Virus record (IMG/VR): IMGVR_UViG_3300029258_002750
Span: 186,001 to 250,000 of that record
Strand: one strand, 5' to 3'
Length of the DNA stretch: 64,000 nucleotides
Position numbers and translations under genes: made by a program. Shown here piece after piece: positions 8,762 to 18,114 of this stretch (positions within the stretch are counted from its first letter, which is position 1; each line of letters begins with the position of its first letter). Under the pieces are notes generated by a model. The model was not told the DNA's origin. It worked only from the letters and a program-made list of their open reading frames with translations, and searched no databases.

Positions 8762-10195
8762 ATGTTCACGGCTCGAGGCATGTTAGCCGAGAACCTCGGA
8801 GACTCGACTGCCATCGCGGACGAACCGGCCGTCAGCCGGTACGTGCGCAAGTGGCACAAGATGCTCCGGGGTCTCAACGAGGAGATGGGGCCGGGCTACG
8901 CGCCCTCCCACGTCAACTACGTTCGGGGCCTCTGCGCCCTGATGATCGAGCAGGAGGTGCGTCACCTCAAGCGGCTCAACGAGGAGACTCGCGCTCTCTC
9001 GGTCGGGCCGTTCATGAAGTACGTCCTGCCCGTCATCCGCCGGACCGCGATCCGCCTGGTCGCGACGCAGATCGCGTCCGTTCAGCCGATGACCGGCCCG
9101 ATCGGCGGCATCGCGTTCTACCGGCCCCGCTACGCGTCGGACAAGGGCTCCGTCGCCGCCGGGACCGAGATGAACAAGGTTCTGTCGAAGTGGTACAGCT
9201 CGAACTTCATCGACGGCGAGCGGTTCGGGACGGGCGACGGCGGGACCACCGTCTTCTCCCGGAACCTGGCGTGGCCGCGTCCTCGCCAGTCCACCGTCGT
9301 CGTGAAGGTCAACGGCGTCGTCAACGCGACCGACAACGGCGCTGGCGCGTTCACGGTCGTGGCGGGCACCCCGATGGCGGGCGGCAGCGGCACGGTCAAC
9401 TACGCGTCGGGCCAGATGTCGCTCACGTTCGGCACCGCTCCGGCGCTGAACGACGTCATCCTGGTCGAGTACCGCTACGACAACGAGCTGAACGCTCGGA
9501 TCCCCGAGGTCCAGCTCGACATCCAGCTCCAGAGCATCGAGGCCGAGAGCCGGAAGCTCAAGAGCCTGGCGAGCGTCGAGGCGGCCGACGACCTCCGCGC
9601 TCTGTGGGGCAGGGACATCGACGCCGACCTGGTCGCGCAGATGTCGGACGAGATGACGGCGGAGATCGACCGTGAGATCGCCGGAACGGCGCTCAACGCG
9701 GTCGAGCCCATCGCGGTCGTCAAGTGGGACCGGGCCACGCCCTCGGGCGTCAACGATCCCGACCACCTGAAGAGCCTCGTGATCCGCATGTCGCGGGCGA
9801 GCCACATCGTGCACCGTCGCACGCAGCGGGCTCCCTGCAACTGGGCGATCACCAGCTCCGAGGTGGCGAGCCTGCTCGACAACATCGACGGCTTCTCGGC
9901 CGTCGAGGAGGGTCACGTCTACCAGGGCGGGATCCTCAAGCAGGGCGTCCTCAAGAGGAAGTGGCTGATCTTCGTCGATCCGCTCTTCCCGGCCAACCAG
10001 ATCCTCATGGGATACCAGGGGCCGAGCATCCTCGACACGGGCCTGATCTACAGCCCGTACATCCCGATGGAGATCACGCCGAACTTCATCGATCCCAACG
10101 ATTTGAGCCTCCGGCGGGCGGTCAGGACCAGGCACAAGATCACCCTGACCCGCGCCGAATTCTTCGCCAGGGTGGAGATCGACAATCTCCTCTAG
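8762..10195 (+). CDS. Major capsid protein (T4 gp23-like)
   Basis: IASVQPMTGPIGGIAFY, ESRKLKSLASVEAADDL, MTAEIDREI, GLIYSPYIPM. Strong GAGGAGGT RBS. Confidence 0.95.
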   Translation: MFTARGMLAENLGDSTAIADEPAVSRYVRKWHKMLRGLNEEMGPGYAPSHVNYVRGLCALMIEQEVRHLKRLNEETRALSVGPFMKYVLPVIRRTAIRLVATQIASVQPMTGPIGGIAFYRPRYASDKGSVAAGTEMNKVLSKWYSSNFIDGERFGTGDGGTTVFSRNLAWPRPRQSTVVVKVNGVVNATDNGAGAFTVVAGTPMAGGSGTVNYASGQMSLTFGTAPALNDVILVEYRYDNELNARIPEVQLDIQLQSIEAESRKLKSLASVEAADDLRALWGRDIDADLVAQMSDEMTAEIDREIAGTALNAVEPIAVVKWDRATPSGVNDPDHLKSLVIRMSRASHIVHRRTQRAPCNWAITSSEVASLLDNIDGFSAVEEGHVYQGGILKQGVLKRKWLIFVDPLFPANQILMGYQGPSILDTGLIYSPYIPMEITPNFIDPNDLSLRRAVRTRHKITLTRAEFFARVEIDNLL

Positions 10196-10240
10196 GCCGA
10201 AGACGGTTCGATCGGCGATCTTATAGGTCGCACGTTCAAC

Positions 10241-10278
10241 GGAGGGGCGACGGTTTCGGCCGTCGCCCCTTCTGCTTG
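10241..10278 (+). terminator. Stem-loop with UUCG loop after the capsid gene
   Basis: GGAGGGGCGACGGT-TTCG-GCCGTCGCCCCTTC (14 bp, two G-U pairs) followed by a weak U tract (TGCTT). Confidence 0.7.
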
Positions 10279-10304
10279 TGAAGCGTCGAGCGCCGATCTA
10301 TATT
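10276..10304 (+). promoter_or_regulatory. sigma70-type promoter for the HNH gene (TTGTGA-N17-TATATT)
   Basis: Near-consensus hexamers, 17-nt spacer, GGAGG RBS and GTG start downstream. Confidence 0.6.
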
Positions 10305-10322
10305 AGTTGGTGGAGGTTCGCT

Positions 10323-11429
10323 GTGCCCACCAACTACCCCAAGTTCTCGCCGCGCGACCTGGAGCGATGGAACCAGAAGATCGAGCCCTCGGCCGTAGAC
10401 CGGCTTGCCGCTCCAGACGCCTGCGTCCTGTGGACGGCGAGCAAGAACGCGCGCGGCTATGGCGTCTTCAGGCTGGACAACCGCTCTCTGCTCGCCCACC
10501 GGGTGGCCTATGTACAGGCGAACGGTCAGATCCCGGACGGCGCGCTCGTGCGGCACACATGCGACGACCCGGCCTGCGTGAACCCACGACACCTGGTTCT
10601 CGGCACGCCAGCTGACAACTCGGCCGACATGGTTGAGCGCGGCCGATTCGCGGACCAGAGTGGGGAGAAGAACGGTCGCGCCAAACTCGACTGGGCGAAG
10701 GTGGACGAGATCCGCGCCCGGCTGGAAGCGGGGGAGTCCCAACGGGCACTGGCCGAGGAGTTCGGCGTCAGCCAGCCTCACCTGTCGGACATCAAGCTGG
10801 GACGGACCTGGCAGCGGCAGGACGTACCAGTGGTGCCGAAGAAGGCGCGATCGGATCGCGGGAAGAGGAGACGCGGCAGGAGCAGTCCGATCGAGGCAGA
10901 TGAGAAGACAACCAGGCGCTTCTGGAAGAAGGTCGCCAAGGCCGGACCCGACGACTGCTGGGAGTGGCAGGCCGCGAAGGACAGCTCGGGCTACGGCGCC
11001 TTCAACATCTGCGGCCGGGTCCGGGGCGCCCACCTGGTCTCCTACCTGATCGCCAACGGCAAGATGGCTGAGAACGACGTCGCCCACACCTGCGCGAACC
11101 GCGCCTGCGTGAACCCAGCTCACCTGAAGGACACGACCCGCACCAGCAACATGCAGAACCCGGAGACCCGCCGCCGGATCTCGAAGAAGGCGCGCGGCGG
11201 CCGGAGGAACACGAAGCTGACGGACGAGCAGATCAGGTTCGTCAAAGAACGGTTCAGGGACGACAAGCTACTCTCAGCTCGTAAGCTCGCCGACGAGCTG
11301 GGCAACGTGGTCACGCCCGAGTGCCTGGCCAACATCCGCAAGGGCAAGACCGGCCGCCACGTGAAGGTCCCTGGGTTCAGGGCGCGGAAGGTGACTCCGA
11401 AGCGGGCGGCGGCGATGAGGGCTTGTTAG
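10323..11429 (+). CDS. Free-standing homing endonuclease with two tandem HNH + HTH units
   Basis: Two CxxW...GYGxF...AHxVxY...HTCxNxxCVNPxHL units, each followed by a KLxxxxVxxIR HTH-like segment. GTG start at 10323 after GGAGG. Confidence 0.9.
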   Translation: MPTNYPKFSPRDLERWNQKIEPSAVDRLAAPDACVLWTASKNARGYGVFRLDNRSLLAHRVAYVQANGQIPDGALVRHTCDDPACVNPRHLVLGTPADNSADMVERGRFADQSGEKNGRAKLDWAKVDEIRARLEAGESQRALAEEFGVSQPHLSDIKLGRTWQRQDVPVVPKKARSDRGKRRRGRSSPIEADEKTTRRFWKKVAKAGPDDCWEWQAAKDSSGYGAFNICGRVRGAHLVSYLIANGKMAENDVAHTCANRACVNPAHLKDTTRTSNMQNPETRRRISKKARGGRRNTKLTDEQIRFVKERFRDDKLLSARKLADELGNVVTPECLANIRKGKTGRHVKVPGFRARKVTPKRAAAMRAC

Positions 11430-11835
11430 AGCCCCGGGCGCGCCCCTCGTGCACGCGCACTTCCCTTGCTCGGCGCCTACGACACAGCTCTTTAGGTGAG
11501 GGCGGCTTTGGGTCGCATAGTCCGAGAGCTTGGAGCGCGCGCTTTGCCTTGTGGTCATAGAGCCAGGTGTCGGGGGCGAATTGTAGAACGACTCTGCCTT
11601 GTGTTGACGGGCAGTTGCAGAGGAACTTGATGGACCAGATCAGACGGCCGTTGTTCTGTTTTCGCATGGCGATCGTGAGACCATCGTCATCGGCCGCCAT
11701 CTCGCAGTTGCCGGTATTGATGATTTCCACGAACTTGGCGACGCGGGTGCGCAGTCCGTTCCAATTCGTCTGTCCCGATTGAGGTTTGTCCTTGGTCAAT
11801 ACCAGCATGAGATCGATCGCCTCGTCCTTAGTCAT
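11377..11835 (-). CDS. Hypothetical protein
   Basis: ATG at 11835 with AAGGAG RBS (MTKDEAIDLMLVLT...). The 3' end overlaps the HNH stop, so the exact end is uncertain. Confidence 0.5.
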   Translation of the reverse strand: MTKDEAIDLMLVLTKDKPQSGQTNWNGLRTRVAKFVEIINTGNCEMAADDDGLTIAMRKQNNGRLIWSIKFLCNCPSTQGRVVLQFAPDTWLYDHKAKRALQALGLCDPKPPSPKELCRRRRAREVRVHEGRARGSNKPSSPPPASESPSAP

Positions 11836-11852
11836 AGAGATCGCTCCTTGAG

Positions 11853-11867
11853 ACTGTTCTACCCAGC
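11853..11867 (-). repeat. 15-bp direct repeat copy 1 (ACTGTTCTACCCAGC; minus strand GCTGGGTAGAACAGT)
   Basis: Exact match to 14178-14192. Both copies lie just upstream of leftward genes. Confidence 0.85.
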
Positions 11868-11954
11868 ACTTCGGACGCTCAGTGCAGGCCGAGAAAACCG
11901 GCGAGGTGTCGGAAGACCGGGGTAGAACTGACCGATGAAAGCGGGCAGCTCGAC

Positions 11955-12551
11955 ATGCCATTCGTAGCCAAGAGCCGTAGTTCTGGAAAGCGCTTGGATC
12001 TGACGCAGATCGATGAGCCGCAAAGGCTCGATCGTCGGGATGTGATGTGCCAACTCTGTGGCGGAGACATGGTACTCAAGTGCGGCCAGATCATTCGGCC
12101 ACACTTCGCCCATCTGGCGCGAACGTGTTCCTCTGACTACAGGTTTCACCCAGAGTCGTTGGACCACCTGATCGCGAAACAGGTTGTAGTTTCCCTGCTT
12201 CGCCGTTCATATGCCGATTTCCTACCAGACATCCTGCTGGAGTACGCGATCGAGGATCGCAAGCGGGTGGCCGACGTCATGTGCATATGGTCGACCGGGT
12301 GGTGGCAGGCGCACGAAGTCCAGCTCGCGTCGATCACGCAAGGGGAGCTGGAGGAGCGTACTAATGACTACGCCGAGCAGGGTATCGACGTCCGGTGGTG
12401 GCTTGGGAAGAGGGCGGATACGCCTCGCAACCGCGAGTGGTGCAACCGCAAGTGCGGTGAAGTCGGTCTCGTCTCGTTCTACGAGGAAGACGATGTTGGA
12501 GAATCGCTTCCGGCACGCGCTGGTTGGGTGCGAATCAAGCACGGAGACTAA
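11955..12551 (+). CDS. CoiA-like PD-(D/E)xK nuclease with N-terminal Zn ribbon
   Basis: CQLCGGDMVLKCGQIIRPHFAH, ESLDHLIAK, RVADVM...AHEVQLASIT...RTNDYAEQGIDVRWWLG match competence CoiA-family motifs. Confidence 0.8.
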   Translation: MPFVAKSRSSGKRLDLTQIDEPQRLDRRDVMCQLCGGDMVLKCGQIIRPHFAHLARTCSSDYRFHPESLDHLIAKQVVVSLLRRSYADFLPDILLEYAIEDRKRVADVMCIWSTGWWQAHEVQLASITQGELEERTNDYAEQGIDVRWWLGKRADTPRNREWCNRKCGEVGLVSFYEEDDVGESLPARAGWVRIKHGD

Positions 12552-13245
12552 GGAGGGCGTTGTTCCTCCGGTATGCGCCAGCTGTGGTGATGCTGGGATG
12601 GTCGTTCGCTACAGGAGACGCGATGGTAAGGCATTCTGGGGGTGTTTTAGGTTTCCGCACTGCCGGTACACGCTTGAACTGCGACCCGGCGATCACGGGG
12701 TGGATGATGGCTACCTCCGTCAGCGAGAGCTTGCTATCCGACAGGCCATCTTCCGAACGCTTGAGCTGTGGGGATCGATGACCTTCAGCGAGTTGTGCAA
12801 CGCGCTGTCGGGCCGGTGGTGCCAGTTCGATGGTGGCGGTGAGGTTTGCTATGAGTGTCCGAACAATCTCCGCTTCGAGGTAGACACCGCCGTCGATGAC
12901 GCCGTCGATGACGGCTGGCTCTCAGAGAGTCCGGCTGGACGGCTCTCCTTACGATCTACCCCGGAGGGGATGATTCCATTATCGGCCGACGTCAAGGCGG
13001 CGAGTCTGGCGCGCGCAACTCATCCTGATCGCGAGAAGTGGCTGCTTAGATGCGGACGATGCGGTCGGCCGATTCCAGAGAGAGTTGCCGCTCAGTCTGC
13101 TGTCCAGCGCACGTCGTTGGATTGTTCGGGATGTGGAAGCAGATTCACGTCGTCCGATTCCCGAGAGGTGTTGTCGATCTTGAGCAGATGGCGCCTGCGC
13201 GTACAGCGGCATCCAGACTCTCATATCGCTCATGGTGTCACCTAG
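12493..13245 (+). CDS. Protein with topoisomerase-type C4 zinc finger and further Cys pairs
   Basis: CASCGDAGMVVRYRRRDGKAFWGCFRFPHCRYT, plus CGRCG and CSGCG near the C-terminus. Start codon uncertain. Confidence 0.6.
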   Translation: MLENRFRHALVGCESSTETKEGVVPPVCASCGDAGMVVRYRRRDGKAFWGCFRFPHCRYTLELRPGDHGVDDGYLRQRELAIRQAIFRTLELWGSMTFSELCNALSGRWCQFDGGGEVCYECPNNLRFEVDTAVDDAVDDGWLSESPAGRLSLRSTPEGMIPLSADVKAASLARATHPDREKWLLRCGRCGRPIPERVAAQSAVQRTSLDCSGCGSRFTSSDSREVLSILSRWRLRVQRHPDSHIAHGVT

Positions 13246-14174
13246 ATCTCGAACTCCCGCCTCCGCTTCAGCTCGCGCTCGATCGCGGGCGCAGCCCGCT
13301 TCCAGTCATCGCGGTGCATGAAGTGGTGGGAGAAGAACCCGGGCATACCGTTGATCGAGCGCGGGCCGCGCTTCTCGAACCACTCCCACACGATCGCGAT
13401 CTTCTCCGCGTAGTCCGGCGGTGGGGGCGGGGACAGCATCAGGCACATGAAGACCATCGAGCAGTCGCGGCCCCACCGCTCGGCGGCCCGCTGGGCCTCT
13501 TCCTCGGTTTCGGCGGCGGCCACGGCCTCCCAGGACGGAATGTGCCGGTCCGAGTAGACGCTGCCGTCGAGGAAGCCGAGCACGAACCTCTTCAGCTCCT
13601 CCTCGGAGAGGCGACCCGGCTCGAGCGGCCAGGTGCGCTCCATCACGGCCGCGCGGAAGCAGCGTGGGCACAGCTTCAGCTCGGCCGCGCTCTCGTAGGC
13701 TTCGTCGGGTAGCTCGCGGTCCTTGAGCGGCTCGCTGCGGTCGCTGTAGTCCAAGGCCAGTGCGGTGTCCTCGATCAGCTTCTTCCACGGATCATCGGAG
13801 CAGAATCCGCGCTGATGCACACGGAGCGGATCGACCTCGGCCTTTGGGCTGTGAAGCGACCACGGCTTGTGCTCGGTGTTGATCTTCCAGTCGCCGCAGT
13901 AGGTCGCCTTGGGGTGTCCCCGGCCGCCCTCGTAGCACTCGATCAGGTGGGACAGGTGCATGACGATCGGAGCCAGCTCCGCCAGCTGATCAACGCCAGA
14001 AGCGAGCCTCATCCTGGTCGGGCTGAGTGCTACGTGCTCCTCGAGCTGGAGCCGACCGAGCACATCGTAGGGCCGGACAACCAGCTCGCCGTCGCTGTCA
14101 CAGACCCGACCTCGCCGTCGCTCGTCCTTGTCGTCGTACCAGAAGACCTCGTCGCCGACCTCTAGTTCTCTCAT
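13242..14174 (-). CDS. Hypothetical protein
   Basis: 310-aa ORF with genome-typical codon usage on the minus strand, converging on the Zn-finger gene. Confidence 0.75.
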   Translation of the reverse strand: MRELEVGDEVFWYDDKDERRRGRVCDSDGELVVRPYDVLGRLQLEEHVALSPTRMRLASGVDQLAELAPIVMHLSHLIECYEGGRGHPKATYCGDWKINTEHKPWSLHSPKAEVDPLRVHQRGFCSDDPWKKLIEDTALALDYSDRSEPLKDRELPDEAYESAAELKLCPRCFRAAVMERTWPLEPGRLSEEELKRFVLGFLDGSVYSDRHIPSWEAVAAAETEEEAQRAAERWGRDCSMVFMCLMLSPPPPPDYAEKIAIVWEWFEKRGPRSINGMPGFFSHHFMHRDDWKRAAPAIERELKRRREFEI

Positions 14175-14177
14175 GCC

Positions 14178-14192
14178 ACTGTTCTACCCAGC
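14178..14192 (-). repeat. 15-bp direct repeat copy 2 and possible -10 element (TAGAAC) for a leaderless transcript
   Basis: Identical to 11853-11867. TAGAAC lies 6 nt before the ATG at 14174, which has no RBS. Confidence 0.7.
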
Positions 14193-14193
14193 T

Positions 14194-14850
14194 CTACCAG
14201 TCGTCGATGGTCGCGTCATCGCCGACCAGGTCCATCAGCTTCGGCAGCCGCTTGCGAACGGCATCGACGATCTCTGGGGGCCTGGTCTCGGTCGCCTCGG
14301 GCTCGGCCGGTTCCTGCTCCCCGTCGTCATCCTCCTGGGGGAAGACCTCGCTCGGAAGCAGGGTCGGCTTGTCCTTGCCCTTCAGGGCGGCGTCTCGGCG
14401 GACGAGACGGTCCATTCGCACGTGGGCCGTCTTCTCGGTCACGGGCTCGCCTGACCGCGCATCCACGCGCTTCGCCGTGGCCCAGACGCGGGCCGGGGTG
14501 ATGATCGTGACGGCCGACCAGCCGGAGCCGCCCCACGCGGCCCAGGCGGTCGTCCCCTTGCAGACCGACCAGTCGGCCAGGAAACGGTCGCATCGCAGCT
14601 CCGCCAGGTGCTTCGCCCGGACCTCCTCCTCGGTGGGAGGGGGCGGCGGCGGGGGAGGTGGCGCGTAGGGATCGGGCGGCACGTCGAGCTGGCGGGCGTC
14701 GGCCTCGGCCAGCGCGAACTTCAGCTTGCGCCGCCACGAGCGCAGCTTCTTGGCGCACGACGGCTCCTTGTGGAACGGCTTGTAGTGAGCGACCCACTTG
14801 CGGGCCGCCCGGATGGTCTTCAAGACGTCGCGGTCAGTTGGACTGGGCAC
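14194..14850 (-). CDS. Hypothetical protein with poly-proline linker
   Basis: 218-aa ORF, GAGGAG RBS before GTG, PPPPPPPP tract. Confidence 0.75.
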   Translation of the reverse strand: MPSPTDRDVLKTIRAARKWVAHYKPFHKEPSCAKKLRSWRRKLKFALAEADARQLDVPPDPYAPPPPPPPPPTEEEVRAKHLAELRCDRFLADWSVCKGTTAWAAWGGSGWSAVTIITPARVWATAKRVDARSGEPVTEKTAHVRMDRLVRRDAALKGKDKPTLLPSEVFPQEDDDGEQEPAEPEATETRPPEIVDAVRKRLPKLMDLVGDDATIDDW

Positions 14851-15118
14851 GGGTCTCCTCGGTGATCCTCCGGGCGCACTTGGCGATCCGGGTCGCCACC
14901 GACGTGCGGCCGGTCAGCTTGAACGAGCGGTCGCGGTTGCGCGCGGCGGCGCGGCCAGCGGTGCAGAGGCGGAGCCCGGAGGAGTTGGTCCTGGTCCTGA
15001 TGTCCACGTGCAGCCACTTGTTGATGCGGAAGACGAGGCCATGGCAGTCGGGGCCGGTGCGATCGTCGGCCAGGTCGCGGCACAGGTCGCGGATCTCGAT
15101 CAGGTCAGGGTCGGTCAT
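14834..15118 (-). CDS. Hypothetical protein
   Basis: ATG at 15118 with AAAGGAG RBS (MTDPDLIEIRDLCRD...). Confidence 0.65.
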   Translation of the reverse strand: MTDPDLIEIRDLCRDLADDRTGPDCHGLVFRINKWLHVDIRTRTNSSGLRLCTAGRAAARNRDRSFKLTGRTSVATRIAKCARRITEETRAQSN

Positions 15119-15238
15119 GAGGCTCCTTTCATCCCTCTCAACAATCTCGCCCGCCATTCTCACACCGTTCCCCTAAGTAGCGCTGTAGCCCGGCCCTCCA
15201 CCGCAAGTTAGGATGGAAGCGGACCCCAGGAGCAACCC

Positions 15239-16075
15239 ATGACCCAAGCTCCAGAGCCCCCCGTTCCCGACGACCTCCCGGCGATCTCCGGCCAGGGCAA
15301 GAGCGAGCCCGAGCACTGGCGCTGGGTGCTCCGTAAGCTCGGCGGCGGGATCGTGGACATCGAGTTGACCTCGCCCGGCGATCTCGACCCGCTCACCGGC
15401 CAGCCGTTCCCGCCCGGCGAGACCCACTACGACGACTGCATGGAGGAGACGAAGCGCTGGTACTGCGAGCGAGTCGGCTTCCGCAAGGTGCTCCAGATCC
15501 CTCTCGCCAACGGGCAGACCTCCTACCTGCTGCCGCCCGACATCATCGAGGTGATCCGCATCGACTACCCGAACTACCAGCTCCCGACGCTCGACGCGGA
15601 CCAGTTCAGCTACACGTACTTCTCGCTCCTGTTCGGCCAGTGGACGAACCCGAACGTCGCGCCGCTACCCTACTCCGACCTGGTGCAGCGGCTCCAGTAC
15701 CTCGAAGAGATCGGCCGGATCTTCTCGACCGACCGGGACTGGGAGTGGACGAAGGAGACGCGCACGCTCGAGATCATGCCGCCTCCCGCGTCCGTCAACT
15801 CTGGGCTGGACCAGGCGCTCGTGACCGTCTGGTCGTGGAACATCGACACGCGCGTACTCGATCCGCAGGAGACGGGCTTCTTCAGGCGGAAGCTCCTGGC
15901 CGAGGCGATGGGTACGCTGGGGAACATTCGCATGACTGTGGACTCGTGGCCGTCGATCGCTGGCGATCGGACGATGAACGGCACCGACCTGATGTCCAAC
16001 GCCGAGACCGTCATGGAGAAGCTCAACCAGGACATCCTCAACTGGAAACGCGCCGTTCCGATCATCACCGGGTAG
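15239..16075 (+). CDS. Neck protein (T4 gp13-like head-tail adaptor)
   Basis: WVLRKLGGGIVDIEL...DDCMEE...WY N-terminal pattern typical of gp13 homologues. First gene after the insertion following the capsid gene. Confidence 0.7.
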   Translation: MTQAPEPPVPDDLPAISGQGKSEPEHWRWVLRKLGGGIVDIELTSPGDLDPLTGQPFPPGETHYDDCMEETKRWYCERVGFRKVLQIPLANGQTSYLLPPDIIEVIRIDYPNYQLPTLDADQFSYTYFSLLFGQWTNPNVAPLPYSDLVQRLQYLEEIGRIFSTDRDWEWTKETRTLEIMPPPASVNSGLDQALVTVWSWNIDTRVLDPQETGFFRRKLLAEAMGTLGNIRMTVDSWPSIAGDRTMNGTDLMSNAETVMEKLNQDILNWKRAVPIITG

Positions 16076-16078
16076 CCG

Positions 16079-16537
16079 ATGGCCAAAGAGCCTCAAGAGA
16101 AGTTCGATCCCTACGTCGCGATCCGTGATCCCGATAGTCTGCCGCCGCTGGTGATCTCGGGGATCTACTCGCACATCATGCGCGAAGCGTCCGGCAATGA
16201 CCCGACTGAGGACGACTTCGTCAAGGCGTTCAACGTCGTTACGTGGGGCCTGCTCACTGCCGGTCCCAGGCGAGATGGCTCTGAGGCCCGGATCAAGACG
16301 AATGCCCAGGACGAGAGCCGTGTCCAGCTGACGAACGCGGGGAAGCAGCGCGAGCGCGAGATGTTCGTGCGCGAACGGCAGCCGCTCCGGCATAGGAAAC
16401 GTCGCGGCGGGAAGCGGCCTCCGCCGATCGTCAAGTTCTCGGTCAAGGTCAGGAAGGTGCGGGGCTGGGCCAAGGGGCTCTACGAGGATGCGCCCGAGAG
16501 GTTCTCTCGGAACTGGTGGGAGGTGAACCGTGGCTGA
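16079..16537 (+). CDS. Hypothetical protein
   Basis: 152-aa ORF coupled between neck genes. Confidence 0.65.
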   Translation: MAKEPQEKFDPYVAIRDPDSLPPLVISGIYSHIMREASGNDPTEDDFVKAFNVVTWGLLTAGPRRDGSEARIKTNAQDESRVQLTNAGKQREREMFVRERQPLRHRKRRGGKRPPPIVKFSVKVRKVRGWAKGLYEDAPERFSRNWWEVNRG

Positions 16538-17315
16538 CGTGCGACCCCCCACTCCTCCCTCCTACGAGTACGGCCAGTTCAAGAACCTCGCTGGTACCAA
16601 GGGCACGGCCGGTGTTCCAGACACGTTCATTGGCCCGCGCAACAAGGCGTACGCGGACTTCATCTCGCGGCAGCTCACACGGCTTCGCGGCATGAACGCC
16701 TACTACTACGTGCTCGAGGACCAGAACAGGCGGATCGACGGCGACCATCCGCTGTCGAACGCCGGTCACCGCAGCAAGATCGCAACGCCGGAGACCGAGC
16801 CTGACGACCCGTTCGCGAGGAAGAAGCACGCGGGCTATGCGCTCTATGGAGAGCGCGTAATCATCAAGAGCAGGCTCGACTCGGCCCGCCGAGAGATCCA
16901 GCCGGATTGGCCGTACTTGCAGCCGATCCTCGTTCGCGGCCGAGTGGACAACGTCGAGCACGAGCAGGAGCCGGACGAGCGCGGCGTGATCTACGTCCGC
17001 CGGTGCGAGTACTTCCTCGCCCGAGTGTTGTGCGAGCGCGAGTGGGATCTCCAGCCGCGCCCCGGCGACATCGTCCGGTTCACCAAGCTGCTCGATATGT
17101 ACATGGACGTGGAGGATGTCGATCGTGACACCGAGGGCCGCTTCGGCGGCGATGGATTCTTCGTCTCCTACAAGCTCATCCTCGTGAAGTCCTCCAAGTA
17201 CGAGCCGCAGCGCAAGCTCGCCGAGAGGAAGCTCTCGGAGTCGCCGCCTGACGGGTCGACGGGTGACACGACGCCGGGGGACCTCTCGCCGGACTCGCCG
17301 CCGCCGAGAGCGTAA
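16530..17315 (+). CDS. Putative neck/head-closure protein (T4 gp14-like)
   Basis: RGMNAYYY and LQPRPGDIVRF...MYMDVEDV patterns. Position after the gp13-like gene. Confidence 0.5.
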   Translation: MADVRPPTPPSYEYGQFKNLAGTKGTAGVPDTFIGPRNKAYADFISRQLTRLRGMNAYYYVLEDQNRRIDGDHPLSNAGHRSKIATPETEPDDPFARKKHAGYALYGERVIIKSRLDSARREIQPDWPYLQPILVRGRVDNVEHEQEPDERGVIYVRRCEYFLARVLCEREWDLQPRPGDIVRFTKLLDMYMDVEDVDRDTEGRFGGDGFFVSYKLILVKSSKYEPQRKLAERKLSESPPDGSTGDTTPGDLSPDSPPPRA

Positions 17316-18074
17316 GTGGCTAAGTTCATAAAGATTACGACGACTGGCGGGATCCCCAAGACCTTCCGGCGGGACGTGCACAAGCGCGCGCGAGCTGCGG
17401 CCACAGCTGCCGGTCGGGCCATCGCCAAGGGCATTCAGGAGGACGTACAGGAGAGAATCCCGAAGGGAGAGAAGTGGCTCGACCTCTACCGTGACGCGAT
17501 CAAGTTCCTCGAGAACGACAAGAAGGACGAGTGGGCCATCGCGGGTCTTTCACGAACGAAGCTGACCACGGTTCCGGCCGAGAGCACCCAGATCAAGATC
17601 GGTGGCTCGAACCCGATTGCGATCGAGATGGCGAAGCACAACCCATGGACCGTGGACACGCTCCCGCCGATCTCGGGCGGTATCCCAGCTGAGGCGGAGG
17701 TTCGGCCTGCTTCGCCTGCCGAGATGGACGGCCATCGCCGTCGTCTGCGCGAGGTCTACGCTGACCTCGTGAGCAAGATCACGAAGCTCGGCGCAACAGT
17801 GACCGATGGCGTGAAGCCGTCGATCAACGGGAAGGTCTTCATCGACCTCGTGTTTCTCCAGATGCGCCTGGAGCACGGCCTGGGCGGTTTCCCCCGTGTT
17901 CCGCACTGGCTGAAGACGGCTAGGGCGGCGAAGAACCAGGCCCCGAGATGGGTCGCGGCTGCTGGCCGAGAGATCAGAGAAGCGCTGGCCGGTGGTCGGC
18001 TGGACGAGGTGGACAAACTGACCGAGGATCTCAGGAAACGCCTGGAGAAACGGCGGGACGAGAGCTGGCTGTAG
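17316..18074 (+). CDS. Hypothetical protein (neck/tail-completion region)
   Basis: 252-aa ORF abutting the upstream stop. Confidence 0.65.
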   Translation: MAKFIKITTTGGIPKTFRRDVHKRARAAATAAGRAIAKGIQEDVQERIPKGEKWLDLYRDAIKFLENDKKDEWAIAGLSRTKLTTVPAESTQIKIGGSNPIAIEMAKHNPWTVDTLPPISGGIPAEAEVRPASPAEMDGHRRRLREVYADLVSKITKLGATVTDGVKPSINGKVFIDLVFLQMRLEHGLGGFPRVPHWLKTARAAKNQAPRWVAAAGREIREALAGGRLDEVDKLTEDLRKRLEKRRDESWL

Positions 18075-18101
18075 TTTATGGCGGCCAGCGGCCCTCCGCC
18101 G

Positions 18102-18107
18102 TAGAAT
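18102..18107 (+). promoter_or_regulatory. -10 element TAGAAT, possible leaderless promoter
   Basis: TAGAAT ends 7 nt before ATG 18115, and no Shine-Dalgarno is present. Confidence 0.4.
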
Positions 18108-18114
18108 GTGTCCC

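Noticed and set aside
11430-11520. Duplicated capsid C-terminus after the HNH gene, analogous to the 24835 case
   Set aside because: No frame downstream of the HNH gene reproduces the capsid C-terminal peptide.
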